Source of the DNA: the human T2T-CHM13v2.0 reference genome, Homo sapiens
Assembly: GCF_009914755.1 (NCBI RefSeq)
Contig: NC_060930.1
Length of the DNA: 64,000 nt
Strand: one strand, 5' to 3'
The notes below the pieces were generated by a model. It was not told the origin of the DNA. It saw nothing but the letters and a program-made list of their open reading frames with translations, and did no database searches. Shown here one piece after another: positions 60,721 through 64,000 of the stretch. Position numbers and translations under genes: made by a program. Numbering within the stretch: position 1 is the first letter of the stretch; every line of letters starts with the position of its first letter.

Positions 60721-62223
60721 TTATATGTGGAGTGAGTTTGAGAAAAATTCATTGTGAATAGCAATTCTTATTTGGTCTTTTGACACAGCTTCATTAGCAG
60801 AAAAATATTTACCTTATTTTTCAAGATATTATCGAAAAATACTTTTATGAGAACCAAGACCCTGTCCCCAATTTTTCCCACCAAATTCTCAACAATGAAA
60901 AAATAAGAAAACTCAAGATTGGATCAAAAGCATATAAAAACAGATGCAAATGTGTAACATGGGTGGGGCAAAACTTCCTAACTGAGCAGAAATTATTTCC
61001 TGGATTTCAAATGCACATGTACAGGAACACTTTGACTTGGTTAAGCAATACTGTTTAACATTTAGCATTACATACTAACTTGCAAATCAACTCAAACTGC
61101 AAATCTAGCTCTATTCGTATTTACTGAGCACCTATTAGGTACAAGCTGCTCAGCTTGAAATTGTGAATGAAAAGCAGCTTTCATTGTTAACAATGCATGT
61201 TGTAGACAGTACTGTTGTGTTTAATGCTAAGCTATGTCGTTCTTTTCTCAGGAGTACATGGTCCTACTTTTCCTTCTCCCTCTGTCTGAGGCTTGGATTA
61301 TGTTCAATTTCTAGAAATCCATTTTTCCTTTCTGAAATGCCAACTATAGCCTACATTGTGTTCAAGAGGGAAAGATAACAGAGCAAATTTGCAACACTTG
61401 AAAATCGCTTCAGTGGCAAGAGACTAAGAAAACAATTTTCTGTCAGAAACAATTTGGGGAAAAGAATTACAAACAGTTTTCAATTTAAATGTGAAACTAA
61501 AGTAAGAGATGAATTTAAAGTTAAACAGCATTAGTTTGGAACTAAACAATAGGGATGTAATCTATACCACTGTATGTTTTCAATACATTTTGATTTAACA
61601 CAATACGGTATTTTCTTTCTTAAATATTAAATAAAATCATAACATCATCTATATGTTTATTTAAATGTAGGCTACCTAGCTCAATTTTCCCAATCAAAAA
61701 ATTAACAAATTTGTAAAGTTGATTAAGATATCCAAAAGACTCACAAAATATCACAGGATAAACAATTATTTTAATTGTAGATGATGTTTATTGAGTGCGT
61801 AAAGTATTTCATGAAATAAATTGAGTACTAAAAACACATTGTTTTATTAAGTACTATATAAAAATCAATAACTACTGTTCAGACTAAGCTTGAAAGTGAT
61901 TATTATTGGATTTTTGCAACAAAATTGTTAGCATTAAGTAGCAAATATTAACCAAATTATATAACGTGTGTATGTAACTATTTTGCAAAGACTAGAGAGC
62001 ATATTTTAAAAGTAAAAACAAACCAACAGAAACCTTTTTCTATTACTCTAGAGAGGTTTAAATCTAGAAGTCCAGCATGAGAAATCTAAATTGACAAAAC
62101 TTGGTTAGCCAAGTTATGTGATAAATCAGTAGTCAGAATGAGATTTTTGTCTACTGACTTTGTAGATTGCCAGTTGACAATATCTGGGCTGTAAAGATCT
62201 TAACTGCCTAACCTCACCCCACC

Positions 62224-62238
62224 AACACACACACAAAC

Positions 62239-62284
<46 letters not shown>
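62224..62284. repeat. (CA)n microsatellite with interruptions
   Basis: acacacacacaaacacatacatacatacacacac... Confidence 0.95.
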
Positions 62285-62671
62285 AGGCATTACTGGAAGA
62301 CCTCCCAGGTTATCTTGTTTACCCTCCCAGCCTTTAGACTGGTGCCAACTAACATATTCCAGAGTGCTGTCAACTCTACGTTCACACAGCTGTACTTTCA
62401 TGATTTTTTATTCCAGTGCAAAGAATCAGTGTTAGGAAGTTCCTTGAATCTATCTCAAATGTTGTTTCACACTAAAATCTAAAACGCTTCTTAAAGTTAA
62501 CTACAGGGATATAAAAATTTTAAATCAGGCAAAATATGTAGAAAAATAAAATAATTATAAGCAAACTTCTTCAAATTTGTAAGAAGTAGTGCTATCAAAT
62601 GTGCTTTTTGGTATTGAAAGTATGGGAAGAATTGCTGAAAATTATGTAACTAGAAAAAGTTTTAAAGTAAC

Positions 62672-62859
<188 letters not shown>

Positions 62860-62954
62860 TAACACAGTATGTTTAAGAAGATTGACTTAACTTTATGCTT
62901 TCAATAAAACAGTGAAAGAAAAAAATGACTCTTTATATCCTTATAAAACTAATT

Positions 62955-62956
<2 letters not shown>

Positions 62957-62998
<42 letters not shown>

Positions 62999-63045
62999 CA
63001 GACAGATAGAAGAGATAGGCAGGCAGACAGACAGACAGATAGATA
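62957..63045 (+). repeat. Compound STR (GATA)10(GACA)2...(GGCA)2(GACA)3(GATA)2
   Basis: Read directly from the sequence. Confidence 0.97.
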
Positions 63046-63109
63046 TTTACTTTGGTATACTTTGGCTAAATCGGCCAAGTCTTTTAAATCTGTTTCATTA
63101 AGTACTCCT

Positions 63110-64000
63110 TTATTTTTTAAATTTTTTTATTTTGAAGTTTTGTGGATACATAGTAGGTGTATATATTTATGGGATACATGAGATGTTTCAATACTGGCAG
63201 GTAATGTGAAATAAGCACATCATGAAGAATAGTGTATCCATCCCATCAAGCATTTATTCTTTGAGTTACAAGTAGTCCAATTATACTCTTTCAGTTATTT
63301 GAAAATGTGCAATTAAGTTATTATTGACTATAGTCATTCTGTTGTGCTACCAAAGAGTAGGTTTTATTCATTCTTTCTATTTTTTTGTACCCATTAACCA
63401 AACCATCCCCATCTCCCTGCCAGCCTCCCACTACCCTTCCCAGCCTCTGGTAACCATCTTTCTACTATCTATGTCCGTGAGTTCAATTGTTTGGATTATT
63501 AGATCCCACAAATGTGAGAACATGCGTTGCTTGTCTTTCTGTGCCTGGATCATTTTACTTAACCTAATGATACCTAGTTTCATCCATATTGTTGCAAACG
63601 ACTGGGTCTCATTCTTTTTCGTGGCTGAATAATACTCCATTGAGTACATGTTTCACAATTTCTTCATCCATTCATCTGTTGATGGACACTTAGGCTGCTT
63701 CCAAATCTTAGCTATTGTAAACAGTGCTTTAGCAAACACAGGAGTGCAGTTATCTCTTTGATATACTGATTTTCCCAGCAGTGGGATTGCCAAATCATTG
63801 GATAGCTCAATTTGCAGTTTTTCAAGGAACCTCCAAACTGTTCTCCATAGTGGTTATACTAATTTAGATCTCCAGCAACAGTGTACCAGGGTTCCCTTTT
63901 CTCCACACCCTCACAAGCGTTTGTTATTGCCTGTCTTTTGGATATAAGCCATATTAACTGGGGTGAGCTGATATCTCATTGCAGTTTTGATTTGCACTTC
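63110..64000 (-). mobile_element. L1MA1/2-type 3' region, running off the window
   Basis: gtggatacatagtaggtgtatatatttatggg...aagcacatcatgaagaat; ORF 63431-63649 (MEYYSATKKNE..FATIWMKL) is the ORF2 C-terminus. Confidence 0.92.

Overview
Primate, most likely human, AT-rich genomic DNA lying entirely inside the BMP5 gene on the minus strand. It holds two coding exons of the TGF-beta-family propeptide: exon 2 (45278-45470, 193 nt) and exon 3 (19898-20046, 149 nt), both with canonical splice sites and matching phases. The rest is intron: part of intron 1, all 25,231 bp of intron 2, and intron 3 up to the left edge. The introns carry about 12 Alus, several L1s (including an internally deleted but once full-length L1PA8-type copy), a two-LTR ERVL remnant, solo LTRs, MADE1/MER20/MER46 DNA elements, L2/MIR/L3 fossils and microsatellites. 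I found no evidence for a wholly new biological system. The most interesting observations are a 95-bp templated duplication pasted into an L2 tail, a tandemly duplicated L1 deletion junction, inverted Alus that could circularise exons 2-3 into a stop-free 342-nt frame, a candidate cryptic exon in intron 3, and several enhancer-like motif clusters. Exon numbers and repeat subfamily names come from recalled sequences and need database confirmation.
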